Made by a program: the position numbers and the translations under genes. This document shows, one piece after another, positions 28,912 to 42,170 of a stretch of 64,000 nt of DNA. The stretch is from Chlorokybus atmophyticus. Taxonomy: Eukaryota; Plantae; Mesostigma and Chlorokybus algae. The stretch lies in NCBI GenBank assembly GCA_009103225.1, contig RHPI01003491.1, positions 341,292 through 405,291 of the forward strand. The letters are read 5' to 3'. Within the stretch, counting starts at the first letter, position 1, and each line of letters begins with the position of its first letter. Below the pieces are notes generated by a model, which saw nothing but the letters and a program-made list of their open reading frames with translations, made no database searches and was not told where the DNA came from.

Positions 28912-31900
28912 AATGCAAAGGTACTGAGCAAGCCTATCATACCCAACAAACCACTAACGGCAACGGCAGCATGGAGGTGCAGCTCTAGCCCGCCGCAGCA
29001 TCCAACCAACGTGGATTTCGCTGAGGGATATGCGCAAACTTTCATCGTTGTGACAGGGGACCGGCGTCACGCAATCCAAGCCCTATTTCACGCTTTCGCA
29101 AGCATCATAAAGTACTGACCAGCGTGGTTTGTTCTAGAGCGTTGGCAAAGTGTGTATCGCCAATGTATATAGGGATACCTGCACGCCTGCTGCTTGCGAA
29201 AGCGGTACGAATGTACTGCGTGTCTTACGAAGGCAGTGGTCCTTAAGCAAACATGTGCACAGGCGCGCCGCTGCAAGCAGATCGCCGTCGATTGCTGGCA
29301 ACGCTGTTTCAAACAGCCTGTTTGCTTTGCAATTGCCCGCAGGCCGGAGGCTGCCAGATGGCGTAATCGACGATTACGCCACTAATTGTACACAATGAGC
29401 GACAACGACGGCATCGGTTTTGCAGAGATGTATGCATTAAAGTGTGGATGGCGGGCCGGCAGCAGGCCGGTTTGCGCTGATCCGCGCCGGGCCAATGATA
29501 CTTGCAGGGCATCGGTCAGACCGACCGAATAACCGCCCGCTCTGTCAGCATGGCACTCTCATGAGTATGGTATGATTCCTAGCGCATCAGTCCTGAGCCT
29601 TCGTCATGAAATCCACATTCAATACAATGCCCATACCAAAACTATATGGTACATACGGTGCACGCACCATGTAAGCATAACATGTCCCTATCTCAATTGT
29701 ATGCCATAATGTGGCTTGCATTGAAGTTACAAACCCCTTTGAAGGAAGCATACATATAGTCTGTACTATTCATTCGCATGTAATAAGAATGGTATGGTGA
29801 ATGGTATGGTGCGAAATATAATATATAAATGTATATAGGGGCTTACTCAAGCATTTTTGATGCAAGTACGTTGGATCAAAACGTTTGGGTCGCTTGATCC
29901 ACAAACAGGCAACATCAACCGTCCTTATCTACTCGTATTTCAATAAGGCAGATAAACTTTTGTAATATTTTTAAAAAACCGTTGTTACTATGTTTAATGG
30001 TCAAAGCAATGGAACGTGACAACATTCGGTGTGGTTTTTATGCACAATTCTGCCATGCATGAAAGTCGATCTATTGAATCCGTACCATACACAAGAAGTG
30101 GCGCCATCAATACGCGGTTTTCGAATTTCATTGCCGTTTCAACTATAACGAAGCGCTGTTAAATGTGTTGTTGCGTGTACGCAATTAAAAGCCCAAAGCA
30201 TCTTTGATCGCCACAAGCAACAACAAATGGGGAACAACGGGTACGATACCGCGCGCATTTGCGACGCAGCGCCGTAGCAGCGCATTAAAGCGCGGTCTGG
30301 AACGCGCGGATTTATTGGTACGAGGTTGGGTGCCCCTCATACCCTGAAAGAATTTTTTCACACATCACGATAACTGCCATTCTACACTGCTCTTACATTG
30401 CGATCTATCATTATCTAACCGATCTCGTTGGCGTTGGGCTATATAGCTCGACGCGCATGTATGCTTCAATCGAACAGCATATCACACATATAACACATTG
30501 CGCTTTTGCGTGAATCATTAAATGTGCGTATTAAAGACATTCGTAATAGATCATATGTCTTTTTAGCTTACTACTAGCAATTGCATTGAACATAGCGCTT
30601 CATCTCATAATAAGAGTGTATGTGTGATGGTGTGTCGGTCCTGTAAAGTTGTTGCACGCTTGTATTTGTGTGCCTTGCATCTTTCGCTTTTATAAGTTGC
30701 GATACCATACCCTGTGCTGACTTTGCAATGTGAGACATATAAAGTCACAAGAGCTGCATGAAGTCAAATTAAAGGAAAGTGGCTGTGCATAGCCATACAC
30801 ATATTATGCAGCGGGAAGCACGGACTCACCCATGGGACCATATGTGATAAATCAATTGTATTGATGTAGAACGCGACTGCACACATGCGCATGGATATCA
30901 AACATAAAACATCACGCACTACACCACACTAGCATGCATCAGATTTACCTCCACGCTACATACACAATCACCGGGCTACACCATGCGCTTGCACATCTCT
31001 TACGCTCTACCATTTAGTCTACTTCTACCGCCTTTTTCTTGGTCATGCATGCATGCACTGAGGCCTTATTACCTACATATGCACAATGTCACAATTTGAG
31101 CATTGAACATACATAATTAGGTTATATTAGCGAAAATGGTTAGACGCGTGAAGGCATGCACGTGTCCATATATCACACTATTGCAATAAATATTGCAGAT
31201 TATTGTACATGCAAAATGCTAATGTTGCTAGCAGCACTCGGATGAGCGAGAATGCAATGTTCATTCGGCATGATGAAATATCTGACTTGCTGCTTGTCCA
31301 TATGTCATACATATCTCATATCTCACGCCGCATATGTTAATGATTGCAAACTTATCATTATTGCAAGAGTTCTCGCATTGATGATCTTCATAGCAATTGT
31401 TTGCATTAACATGTATGACAAGTTAAAAATGCGATTGAGTTGCATTTCGCTCTGCTTATTCGTAACTGTATGCACGGTTGTATGTATGGTATGTGTGGTA
31501 ACATTATCTGAACTAACAAAGATAAATAACAAAACGAGTACAGTGTCTTATATGTGTATGTTATTGAGTCACTCGAGTCGGTAAGATTATGGGCTTCTAC
31601 GCTTCATGTTAAATCATAAAATAGTCACAGGTCACTTAAGATGTACCATTGCTATTAGTTGTAAGCTTAATTATGTTGCTATCATGATAACATCATCATC
31701 AACACATCAACGCAATGGCACACATTGATTATAAAAATAACTTCAACTTGCATAAGCAACGATTTTGTTGGTATATGCTAGCCCTCATTCATGAATGTGC
31801 TTTATTGGAACTCCAATGTTCCCCACAATAAATTGACTTCAAGTAATCACAATTATATCTCTGCAAAGCACTGCTGTTGACACTGCAATGTGCCCTTCAA

Positions 31901-32688
31901 TGGACGTTTATTACAAGTGGCTAACGGTTTGTGGATGCATGCACTTGGTTAAGCTTAGTTCATTGCCCCCGCTTATGGTAAAATTGCTGAGTGCTTTGCT
32001 GCGTGGGTGCGAGTGCTGTACATGTGCGTGCATTCTTGCATCTGTCCTATTGGAATGCCTATGCACTGGGTCCTTCGGTGACTAACTGGCGGATGCGATG
32101 CTGGCCATGGTCTACACGAGAGAGGGGATGCCAACCATAGAGTTGTGATTACTTGAAGTCATTTTTATTCACCATAAATTAAGTTGGTGAGATTGCTGTT
32201 GCCAAGCAAGCTGATGTGATTGAATAATTTACCTTCGACAATTTAAGCGCAAAGTTTGATTTCTTGAATGTTTTACATGATGCCATCACAAATCAGCTGC
32301 TAAAGCTGGCGTCATCAATTTAGTGCTTGCAAGTGATGGGGCGACCTACGCACAACCTCTGGTATTATTGCTGGTTTGAGTAACACCCGCAAGATTGTGC
32401 ATCCCACACAGGGCGCACAAGCAGCAGACGCATATCCTGGTGGTGACATCTATAGGGATGTGGTGGCGTAATTCTGCATTGCATACTTTGCATACCCTAG
32501 TGGTGGCGTCAACTTAGCTGTGCACTGATTTGCGCAACTGACAACACAACCGTTGCTGCAACGCACGCAGGCTGGCTTGCTATAACTGCATTTCCGCACA
32601 ACAAAATATACATGAAAGGCAACTAGCAATGCATGGATCACATAGCAAGCAATGTTTTTGAAGCATACCGGCAGCGAGCATCTATATA

Positions 32689-34771
32689 CTACAAAGCCTT
32701 AGACCGAACAAACTGCCCCTTCTCGCTGGCTGCCATCAACTTCTTCTCCTCCTCAATGTCCTTCCATGTGGTCGCAGCCTTTGGCAAAGACACCTTCGGC
32801 TTGGGCAGCCCGGGCGACTTGCGAGGGTTGGTGATGATGCCTGCAAAACCACACAAAGCGTTGGTCGATCAATGTCCGGCAAAACAACGCAGCGCAGTGA
32901 AAAGAGAAAGCAGCAACAACTGTGTACCGTCAATCATTCCATATTCGATCGCTTCCTCGGGTGACATGAAGAAATCGCGGTCTGTGTCGCGGTCAACCTG
33001 CTCCTCAGACTGCCCGGTGTGCAGCGCAAGGTACTTGTTTAGGGTAATCTTGTGATGCATAATCTCGTTGGCCTGGATCTCAATGTCGGTGGCCTGACCC
33101 TGCGTGCCTCCAAGGGGCTGATGGATCATGATGCGCGAGTTTGGCAGGCTGTAGCGCTTGCCCTTCTTGCCAGCACTCAACAAGAATGCGCCCATACTGC
33201 AAAGCATAACATTGAATTACAACCGTTACCAGGCAGAGCCTCCCTGGTAATACTGAGCGCACTTGACGCACCACTAGCTAAACGCACAAGAACTTGTCGC
33301 ATGCTTCACAATACAACGAAGTTGAGTTGTGAATTTCACATTCCAAACTAGTTGAGGACACACCTTGCCGCGAGGCCAGAACACACGGTGCTAACATCTG
33401 GCCGTATGTGGTTCATGGTGTCGAAGATCGCCATGCCTGTTACAATTTGACAACGTCATTATAACCTCTGCAGCGAGAGGACCATGATGTTACAATATAA
33501 AAATCTAAACACAAACATAGATATAGATATAAATATACATATACATATATATACAACGCGCACTTGTGCTGCTCACCCGCTGTCACTGAACCTCCAGGAG
33601 AGTTGATGTAGATGACAATATCCTGTCAACGAGATGATGGCAGTCATACCGTGGTATAAGAAAAACACCATGGTACTGACAAGTGCCTGAATGCACCCAT
33701 CATGATGCACTCTCGAGACTTATTACTGTTACCTTCTTGGGATCGACAGCATCAAGGTATAGCAGCTGAGCAACAATGACATTTGCCATGTCATCATCAA
33801 CGGGGCCACCGAGACGGATAATGCGCTGCAAAGCCGTATACATACTCCTTAGGACGCACACAAGCAGCTTCTGTGCACTACACGGTCCAACAAGCATGGC
33901 TGCTAGAGACTAACATAAAGGGTTGGAATGCTTTTGGACACAGAAAACTATCGCTGAAGCAAAGTACTTGACTTGATGACGTGCTGTTGGAAACCATCCA
34001 CTCACCTGCTGGAAAAGGCCGCTGAGCACGCCCTGGAAGCGTGAGGCCATCTCGGGTGGAGGGCCCTGACCCTGAGCCGCCCTGAACGAATTTGAGTACG
34101 GCTCTGGAAGGTTCCTGAAGAAATGAAAAACATCAACAGCCACTCAGCAGTCCGCTTCTCCTTGCTTGATTCGTCAGCACAACTGAGCTGAGCTCGTTTG
34201 CAATAGCATAATCACCAACTTACTTTCCGGACACAATTGAATTGGTCGGTGAAGAAGGAGTCCACAAGTGTGACGTGTGCAGCTCGGCAGAGCGCCGCAG
34301 TACGTCGTCCATGCTCGCGCGCATTGTTGTCGTCTGCAAGCGTCTCCGACTAGCCGCAAGCCTTCTGCACAGAACGCAGCCCACAGAGCCATGGTCATGT
34401 ATATAACTTGGCTTATGTCATAGAACTTGCTGCTTTGCAATTGACGACAACTCCAAACCACAGCCAAAATCCGCAACACACCAACCCCTAGCTATGCCAT
34501 GCTCAAGGCAAGACAAGTGTTTCACACGGGCCAGATCTCTCAGCGAGCACAGGTCAATTGTCACAGGCAGTGCAATTGTCGCGTGTATACAGAAGCGAAA
34601 TTAATGTCGACAATCAGCCATGCGGAAGGTGATGGTGGAGCAAGAGTCATCCACGACACTGCTTATTGTCACTCACGGAGCAGACGCAGAAGCGGGTTTG
34701 GCGCCATCGAGTACCCTCGCACCCAGGAACGACGACGACGACACCTGCGCAACGGCTGCCATGGACGCCAT
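32689..34771 (-). CDS. CLPP5: Plastid ATP-dependent Clp protease proteolytic subunit, ClpP5-like
   Basis: Transit-peptide exon [20 protein letters not shown]; [22 protein letters not shown]|[29 protein letters not shown]; NSPGGSVTA; AASMGAFLL; IMIHQPLGG; [10 protein letters not shown]. Confidence 0.93.
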
Positions 34772-34813
34772 CGCTGCCGCCGCCGCCAACACCGCCGTCG
34801 CTGCCGCCGCTCA

Positions 34814-34822
34814 AAACCCTAA
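34814..34822. promoter_or_regulatory. Telo-box in the ClpP5/ankyrin-BTB bidirectional promoter
   Basis: AAACCCTAA about 43 nt upstream of the ClpP5 ATG. Confidence 0.5.
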
Positions 34823-34995
34823 TCACTATCAACACGTCAATTCTGTGAAGCCTGTGCACTGGAATAAGACTGAAACAATGCATTTCATGCCTGGGCATCT
34901 CATGCACAGTCATGTAGTTTGCTTATGCCCTCAACTAGACTGTTTAGGAGTCGACGGTGGAGGCGGCGGAGGACGTGGAGTGGACAAGCGTTTGC

Positions 34996-37900
34996 ATGGC
35001 GCACATGTCAGCGCCGCATGAGCATGAGCATGAGCATGAGCATGCAGGCGCTCAGCCGGACTTGCCTGCAGCAGCGCGGGAAGAGGTAATCAAGGCGTGT
35101 GCATGCTTGGAGCTTCAATAGTTGCGTGACTGGTATTCGTAGCATGTTTGGGGGATTGAATTTGTTGATATCTTGTTCAGAAATGCATGCAATAGTGTGA
35201 TTAGTCTTTGGTAGTTGCGGTCTGTTTATGACTTGGAGTCAGCATGCAGCTTGTATGCTTCCTGACGAAAGACTCACCAATAGCAACAGACGCTGAAGTC
35301 CCAGTATCAAGTAGCACAATACTTGACTGTTGCATGTATGCGACTCTATTAGCATCCTTAGTGCACTGGTAGCTGTGCTTGTGCGATTGACACATAACAG
35401 CATACAAAAATCTGCAACCACGGTGAGAGATCCAGCTGCTTTGAAAGGCACACATGCTCTTATGTATTACGTGTGGTGTGGCAGCGCATACACACGCTAG
35501 TCAGTGCCGTGGGCGGGCACCATGACGATGATGATTCCGATGATGAGATCCTCTTCGTCCCACGCGTGTATGCTCGCCGCAAAATCTCTGACGCAGACAT
35601 CTACTCCGCCGCGAGAGGTAGATGTCACCACCACCACCACCACCATGGTCATCATGATCATCACCATCGTCATCATCATAGTACCTGTCTTGTGCATGTA
35701 GCTGGCGATGTTGAGCGGGTGGGGCAGCTGTTGGCGAGCGAGAAGGTGGACGTGAACGCGCGGGACCGGTGGGACGCGGTGCCGCTCTACTATGCATGCC
35801 TTGCTGGGCACGAGGATGTTGCTCGCCAGCTCCTTGAGGCCGGTGCTGTCTGCAGTGAATACACCTTTGATGGCGACAGGTCAGGAAGCTAATTATTATG
35901 CACGTGTACAGTGTGCAGTGAGATGTGCGCACACACATCCACAACACGCGCGCACCCAAGCATGCAAGCATGCGCACGTGTGCGCGCGCACACACATGCA
36001 CGCGCGTTCAGGTGCCACTATGCTTCTCTGAACATGGATATGCGGGCGCTGCTGAAGGCCTATGAGCAGCGTCCTCCGCCCATGCCGCCCCTCGCACAGA
36101 GCTTGCGCGATTGCATGAACAACCCAGAGGCTTTCCCAGGTATGTCGTCATGACTCACAGAAGCACAGTAGAAGAGCACTCGGTCACTGACGCCTGACCT
36201 GCTGCAGACTTCACTTTCTATGTTGGTGAGGAGTTGATGCGTGTCCACCGCTGCATACTGGCTGCTCATGCTCCCTACTTCCGAAGAGCCTTCCAACGCA
36301 AGGTAACCATTGGGTTTGCTCAATGTACAATTCCTGTTGCGGTATCATATTCTGGTTTCGTATGGTGTGACTGTCAACCATGTTGTGTTTTATGCAGTGG
36401 CGAGGCAAGCAAGAGGCACACTTGAAGCAGTCGGTGATGGATTACACGGCGTTGCGCAATGTGTTGCAGGTGTGACATGCTATTACCCGTATCTTGCGTG
36501 TGTGCGGGCGTGTCATGTTGGGGGGTGATTATCTCCCTTACTGACTTCTCACAGTGTGCTGCGCTTTCAAGTTCTTCTACACAGAGCGGCTGGAAGTGGG
36601 CATGACTGATGCTGAGATGGTCACAAAGCTCATCAAACATTGCGAGTGCCCCGCATTGCTTCAGGCGCTCGAGAGCGAGGTGTGCTTGCGATAGCTATGG
36701 AATGGTGTGGCATATTGTGTGTGCACCCAACATGATGTCATGGATTATTGTTTTTTTCTGTACCAGATTGCGCATCAGCGGTATGCCGATTGGAAGTGTG
36801 TGCGTGAAGCTGAGATTGAGGTTAATGAGAGGGCTGCGCCTTTAAGAAGGCGTGACATTGCAGCTAGGCGTCTGCTCATACTCGTAAGGACACAAGACTG
36901 TGTTACTGTGCTGCTGCGACTTCATCATTCCTTGCAGTGAATGTGTATGTGGGCACAGGGTTCATCCTTGCCGGAAGAAGCGAGGCTGTTCAAGCGCCTC
37001 GGGGACTTGCTTTCGCAGTGCTTGCGCAACAGCGAGGAGGCCGGCGCAAGCAACATGGAGCGTGTGGTTGATGATGACTTTGCGGATCTGGTTGTGGTTG
37101 TGGAGTCGCGCAAGTTCAGGTGGGAGACCTGGTGCAACAACGATTTGTATTTCAATATGTACAGAATCCAACTTTCAATTTCAACTTTGAGGTGAACATT
37201 TACGCGCTGCATGTTGTTTGGCTGAATCTTTTGCGTGTGTGTTTTCTCTCAGGTGTCATAGGGTTATCCTGTCGGCTCGTTCAGAGTACTTCAAAGCGCT
37301 GCTTGCAAGGTCGAGTGAGTTCAGCGAGGGCCACCGTGCAGATGCGGCTGCTGGTTGTCAGTTGACACAGGTGACATATGCGCATGTGATGCATACGCAC
37401 ATGCACTCACGCGCATACACGCAGAGATTGACAGCAATGCGCTCACTAAGACAACAACATCCTCAATTTGAACAATGCAGCATGCTTTTTGCAGGTCGAG
37501 TTGAAAGAGTTGAGTGCAGCAGCTTTTGCAAAGGCGCTTGAGTTCATGTACACAAATAAGCTGCAAACGCTGGTGCCAGAGCTGGCAGTCGAGGTCCGTT
37601 TGCACAACACAATTTTTCTGTTGACACTACTGAGCAGATTCACAACCCCACTTACTGACTGTCTCTCTCTGTCAGGTGTTTGATGCAGCGTCCAGGCTGC
37701 TTCTGTTCTCAATGAGGCGCGCGGCCTCGGAGGTTCTGATTCCCGCGGTGGACACGGCGGACCCCGCGGCGACCTGCAGATGGCTCATGCTGGCGGACAT
37801 GTATGGCGTGGACGCCATGCGCGAGCACTGCCTCAATGTACTCGCGGAAAACCTTGCCCATGCAACCTTCTTTCCTGAGCGACAGGCCGCCATCAGCACA

Positions 37901-38513
37901 GCGGACTTCATAGAGGTAAATTGCAGTATGGTTATGAGTTTTGGGATGAGCATGCAAACGTAATGTATGCACACATGTTGGTTTTTCAGAACCTATGTTG
38001 GGGATGAGCATGCGTGCACACACGCATTTCTGCATACATGTACACGGGTGTGTATGTGCACATACACATCCGCACGTACAGGCTTGTACATCTGTGTATG
38101 CATGCATGCGCGCACAATGACCCCTCTTGCAGGTGGTGAGGATGCAGCCGCCGCCCCCAGAAAGAACGGAGGCGGATATCGGGCGGGCGAAGGAGGAGGG
38201 GTATGAGACGGGTACTGTAATGGGCGATCTGAGAGAGAAGTGGCTGGAGCTGTCGGGCACGATCGGGGAAGAGCGTGACCGTGAGGCAATACGCTTCGAC
38301 AGCGCCATGCGCAGGGTTGCACTGACTGAAGAGGATGTTACACCTGAAGAATTAGCTTTGGAGTTCTTAGATGATGAGGATGAAAGTGAGTTCGATGATC
38401 AGGAGTATGGGTTTGTTGAGAGGGATAGGGTTGCTGTTAATGGAAGGGGTGAGATGGGTAGGGATCGTGTTATTGCAACAGCTAGCCGGTTGTTGCAGGC
38501 CAATAGGGATTGA
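34996..38513 (+). CDS. ABTB1: Ankyrin-repeat and tandem BTB/POZ domain protein (ABTB1-like CUL3 adaptor)
   Basis: [37 protein letters not shown]|CHYASL; BTB motifs [13 protein letters not shown] and [17 protein letters not shown]; [10 protein letters not shown]; acidic C-terminus. The first exon ([14 protein letters not shown]) is tentative. Confidence 0.85.
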
Positions 38514-38997
38514 CAGCGCTTTGTGCGCTTAGTGTTATTGAAGTCAGTGCATAGAAGGGCATGTGGTTTATGCAACTAGTGTAGCCAGACATGAAGGCTT
38601 TTGCACAAGAGCTACGTAACACTCCCTTGTATCAGCTGCGCGCGCAATGTCGCAGACCAGGGCAACAGCATGCTCAAGTTCATGATCACCAAAAGACAAT
38701 TTCGTAAGGAGTGATCGGCCTATTTCTCTCCTGCTTCTCCTAAACTGCAACATAATAAGCAATCGTGGAGGTGCCTTGTGCGGCATTCCACATTCAATTG
38801 AAAACGTGTCAACCAATCTCCCCTCCAAGCTGGTTGTATCCTCTTTGGTGCACCTGCCACTCTGCCTGGCCAGCCAGGCTTGTGCAGGGGCTCTTTTGCT
38901 AGTATGACTATACAAGCGAGCAGCCTCGGCCGTCATATTGTGTGCTGCCCTTATTGCGCGCTTTGCCGGGGAATATAATGCATAAATCATGCACTCA

Positions 38998-41517
38998 TCA
39001 ATGTTCCGGATTTGAGTCTGCATTTGGCGCAAGCACAATCTCTTCTGCAGGCTTTTCCGGTAGCAGTAAGCTGAGGCCAACACCTCCGCCGAGCGTCAAA
39101 GCCACAACAGCGAGTGAGGCTTCCGTCGGGAGCGAGTAGCCCAAGTAATCAGCAACCATCTTGACTCCGATAAACCCGAGGACGAGCGCGACGGCGGGCT
39201 GAAGATATCGGAGCGTCCCGATGGCGTCCGCGACAAAGGAGTAGAGCGAGCGAAGCCCGAGGATGGCGAATATGTTGGACGTGTACACGATGAACGGGTC
39301 CTTCGTGACGCCAAACACGGCGGGGATGGAGTCCACGGCGAACACGACGTCTGAGAGCTCGATCACCGCGAGCACGAGCACGAGGGGTGTGAACTTCTTC
39401 ACGCCGTCCACGAGGGTCACGAACTTGTCCCCATCGTACGTGGACGTCACGGGGATGAACTTGCGCACGATCTTCACGAGGACGTTGTCGGACAGGTCGC
39501 CGTCCTCATCATCATCGTTGGCAAACAGCAGCTTGTAAGAGGAGATGATCAAGATGGCCGCAAACAGCAGCAGCACGCCCTCAAACTGCTGCAGAGTTGC
39601 CGCCCCAAGCGCAATCATAATTGCCCGGAACACCATCGCACCAACTATTCCATAAAACAACACCCTTCCTTGGTACGCCTCAGGCACCTATGTAACATCA
39701 ATATGAGCAACACTGCCACTACCACAAGTATTACGCACCCACATTCGAGTATACATAAAGGACAGAGTGCTGCTCACATGTTGTGTAATGTGTTGTTACG
39801 ATGTGAATCTTACCTGGAAGTAGTCGAAGACGAGCACAAACACAAAAAGGTTGTCCACGGAGAGGCTCTGTTCGAGGAGGTAGCCGGCAAAGTACTCGGC
39901 AGCCTTGGCGGAGCCCATCTTGACGAAGATACCCACGCCAAACATGACGGCCGCGCCCACCCACAGAAGCACGGCCGTCACATTCGGCGGTGCCGCGGGC
40001 TTGCCCACCTCGGGCTCAAGGGGCACATCCACCTGAGCCTGCAAAGTAATGACCATGTCTTGGTTGATGAGGTTGATGAGGTTGGTGGTGATGGTGGCAA
40101 TGCCGTATCGACTCCACAAACAGCAACACAACTACAACATACATACCAGTTCGTTTGCGTTTGCTTGCACAACATACCAAAACACTGCTGCGGCAAACGT
40201 TCAAACCACGCTATGCTGTCATGCCATGCACACAATCTTTCGCAACCATCCACCACTGATACTGCATTCCCATCACATGGCCACATCTCAACATGCAGTC
40301 ATGCTGTTACCACTCACCTCCATGGGGGCGGCAATGACTGCATTGTTGTTGTTGTTGGGTGCGGGTGGGGAGGCAGGCGGGTTGATGATGACAGTCTCAG
40401 AGGGCGCTGTGGCTGTGGCGGCGGAGGACGAGAGCGCTGTGGGAGACTCCGGCCGCGTGCTGTCGCGCGTCATCGTGTTGGCAAAGGAGGAGTGCTCGGT
40501 CAAGTTGTCCGACACAGCCAGGCCCCATCTTTGCGCGCGCGAGGGCCGTTGCTTTGGCAACTGTGGCATTGGTAACCTCCTCGCGGTTGATGATGGCTTT
40601 GCGGGTCGACATCGCTGTGAACCAACACTTGTTGTAGGTGTGCGATACCAGCATACAGTTGTCTGTCGGGAAGTGAGAGAAGTCGAACACATAATGCGCA
40701 AGTGTTGGTCGGTCAACGGGAGTGTTGTGTGGTACCTGAAGGCAGGGGAGAAGGTGCGAGCGTGGGGTCTTGTGTGCGTAGACAGGCCTGCACACGACAG
40801 CACTATTAACAACCCTAGTTGCGCGAGGCAACACTGCATCAACAACAAGAAAGAGAATTGACATGCTAGTCTGGGTCTATGCTGCTGAGTGAGTGGCTTG
40901 ACCAACATTCCACAAGACAATGGTTCAACCACTCTCCCACATTTTAACACGATGTGAGTGTGGGGCTGCAAGCTTCATAAGCATCATGGAAGCTGTCAAA
41001 TGTGTTGCAAGAGTCAGCCTTTTCCAATTGCAGTAAACGCAACAGTGAAAACGAGCAGCCAACGCACACCGGACTGGGTGACAGTAGAACGTGGCCCTAA
41101 CACTAGCGTGTATGGCTGCTTTGCTTGTGCATTGTAATGAATGCTTGAACTAGCAAGCACACGTGTTGAAACTCGGGCTCAACATCTCCATGGATGACAA
41201 GAAAGCAAGCAGGCAACACTGACCGAACTGTGCTCTTTGCGGCCCTAGCAGCGTGAACTGCATGGCAAACGGACACAGGGGCCAAGCATATACACAGTAC
41301 TGCTGTTGGCATACCACTGCTTCAATGACTGTATGCAATGCGAGTTGCCTTTTGAGCTGTAATGCGTGCGTGTTGGTCAAAAACCAGGCCATACAGGCCA
41401 GGCCAGGAGCACTGGACAAGCACCAAACCAGGCTGTGTAAACAACCAGCAGTCACCTAAACTGCGCGGCGGGGGAGGACGTCATGGAAGACACCCTGGCG
41501 CACAGTGACGAAGCCAT
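38998..41517 (-). CDS. TERC: Thylakoid membrane protein TerC
   Basis: Transit peptide MASSLCARVSS...; AEYFAGYLLEQSLSVDNLFVFVLVFDYFQ|VPEAYQGRVLFYGI; IELSDVVFAVDSIPAVFGVTKDPFIVYTSNIFAILGLRSLY. Confidence 0.93.
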
Positions 41518-42070
41518 ACGATTTCCAACGAGGCGGCCGCGCCCGCCGCCGCCGCCACCCCTGCCGCCGCCGCCGCCGCCGCCACGTGGCAACTCTAATT
41601 AAGTTATACCTGTAATAAAAAGTCTGCATATAATCATGGGCACTTCCGGTCAATAGCGAATCAATAACTCGCGGTCAAAACGTAACCGACTATCGTCGGA
41701 TACTTCATTAGGCACCCATCTGGAACCGCCAATTTAGGCGAGCTCGCAACCTGTTCGCATTATGATTTTCCATCTATCAAGAGCGCAGCGGTCAAGTTGT
41801 AACTGTTCCTGTCAAACAACACCGATATCGACGCCGCCCGCGCGCTAGCCAGGTTGTGGTTTTTTTTCAGCCGGGCCGCGGATAGCGTGGATATCCACGT
41901 AGCGACGTGGCCAGCTATCAAAGCAAGCGTTTCGCGTGACGGTCGCGATATCTACAATAAACAATATCGGCGCTGGCTGCAATGGATATATATAGTAATG
42001 CCTTTCAGCGTCGACAGTCGTAACGGCTTGAAGCGCTAGTGCAAACAGTCGACTGTCGGTGTTTGCTTGT

Positions 42071-42079
42071 GGCGGGAAA
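42071..42079. promoter_or_regulatory. E2F-type site (TTTCCCGCC on the minus strand) upstream of the hypothetical gene
   Basis: GGCGGGAAA about 90 nt before the ATG at 42171. Confidence 0.35.
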
Positions 42080-42170
42080 CTGTGCACTAATGTATGGCGG
42101 GCGTTTTGGTGGGTGTAGGCGGCGGCGGTGGTGGCGGTGGCCGTGTGGTTGTGTGTGTGTTGGGCTGGCG

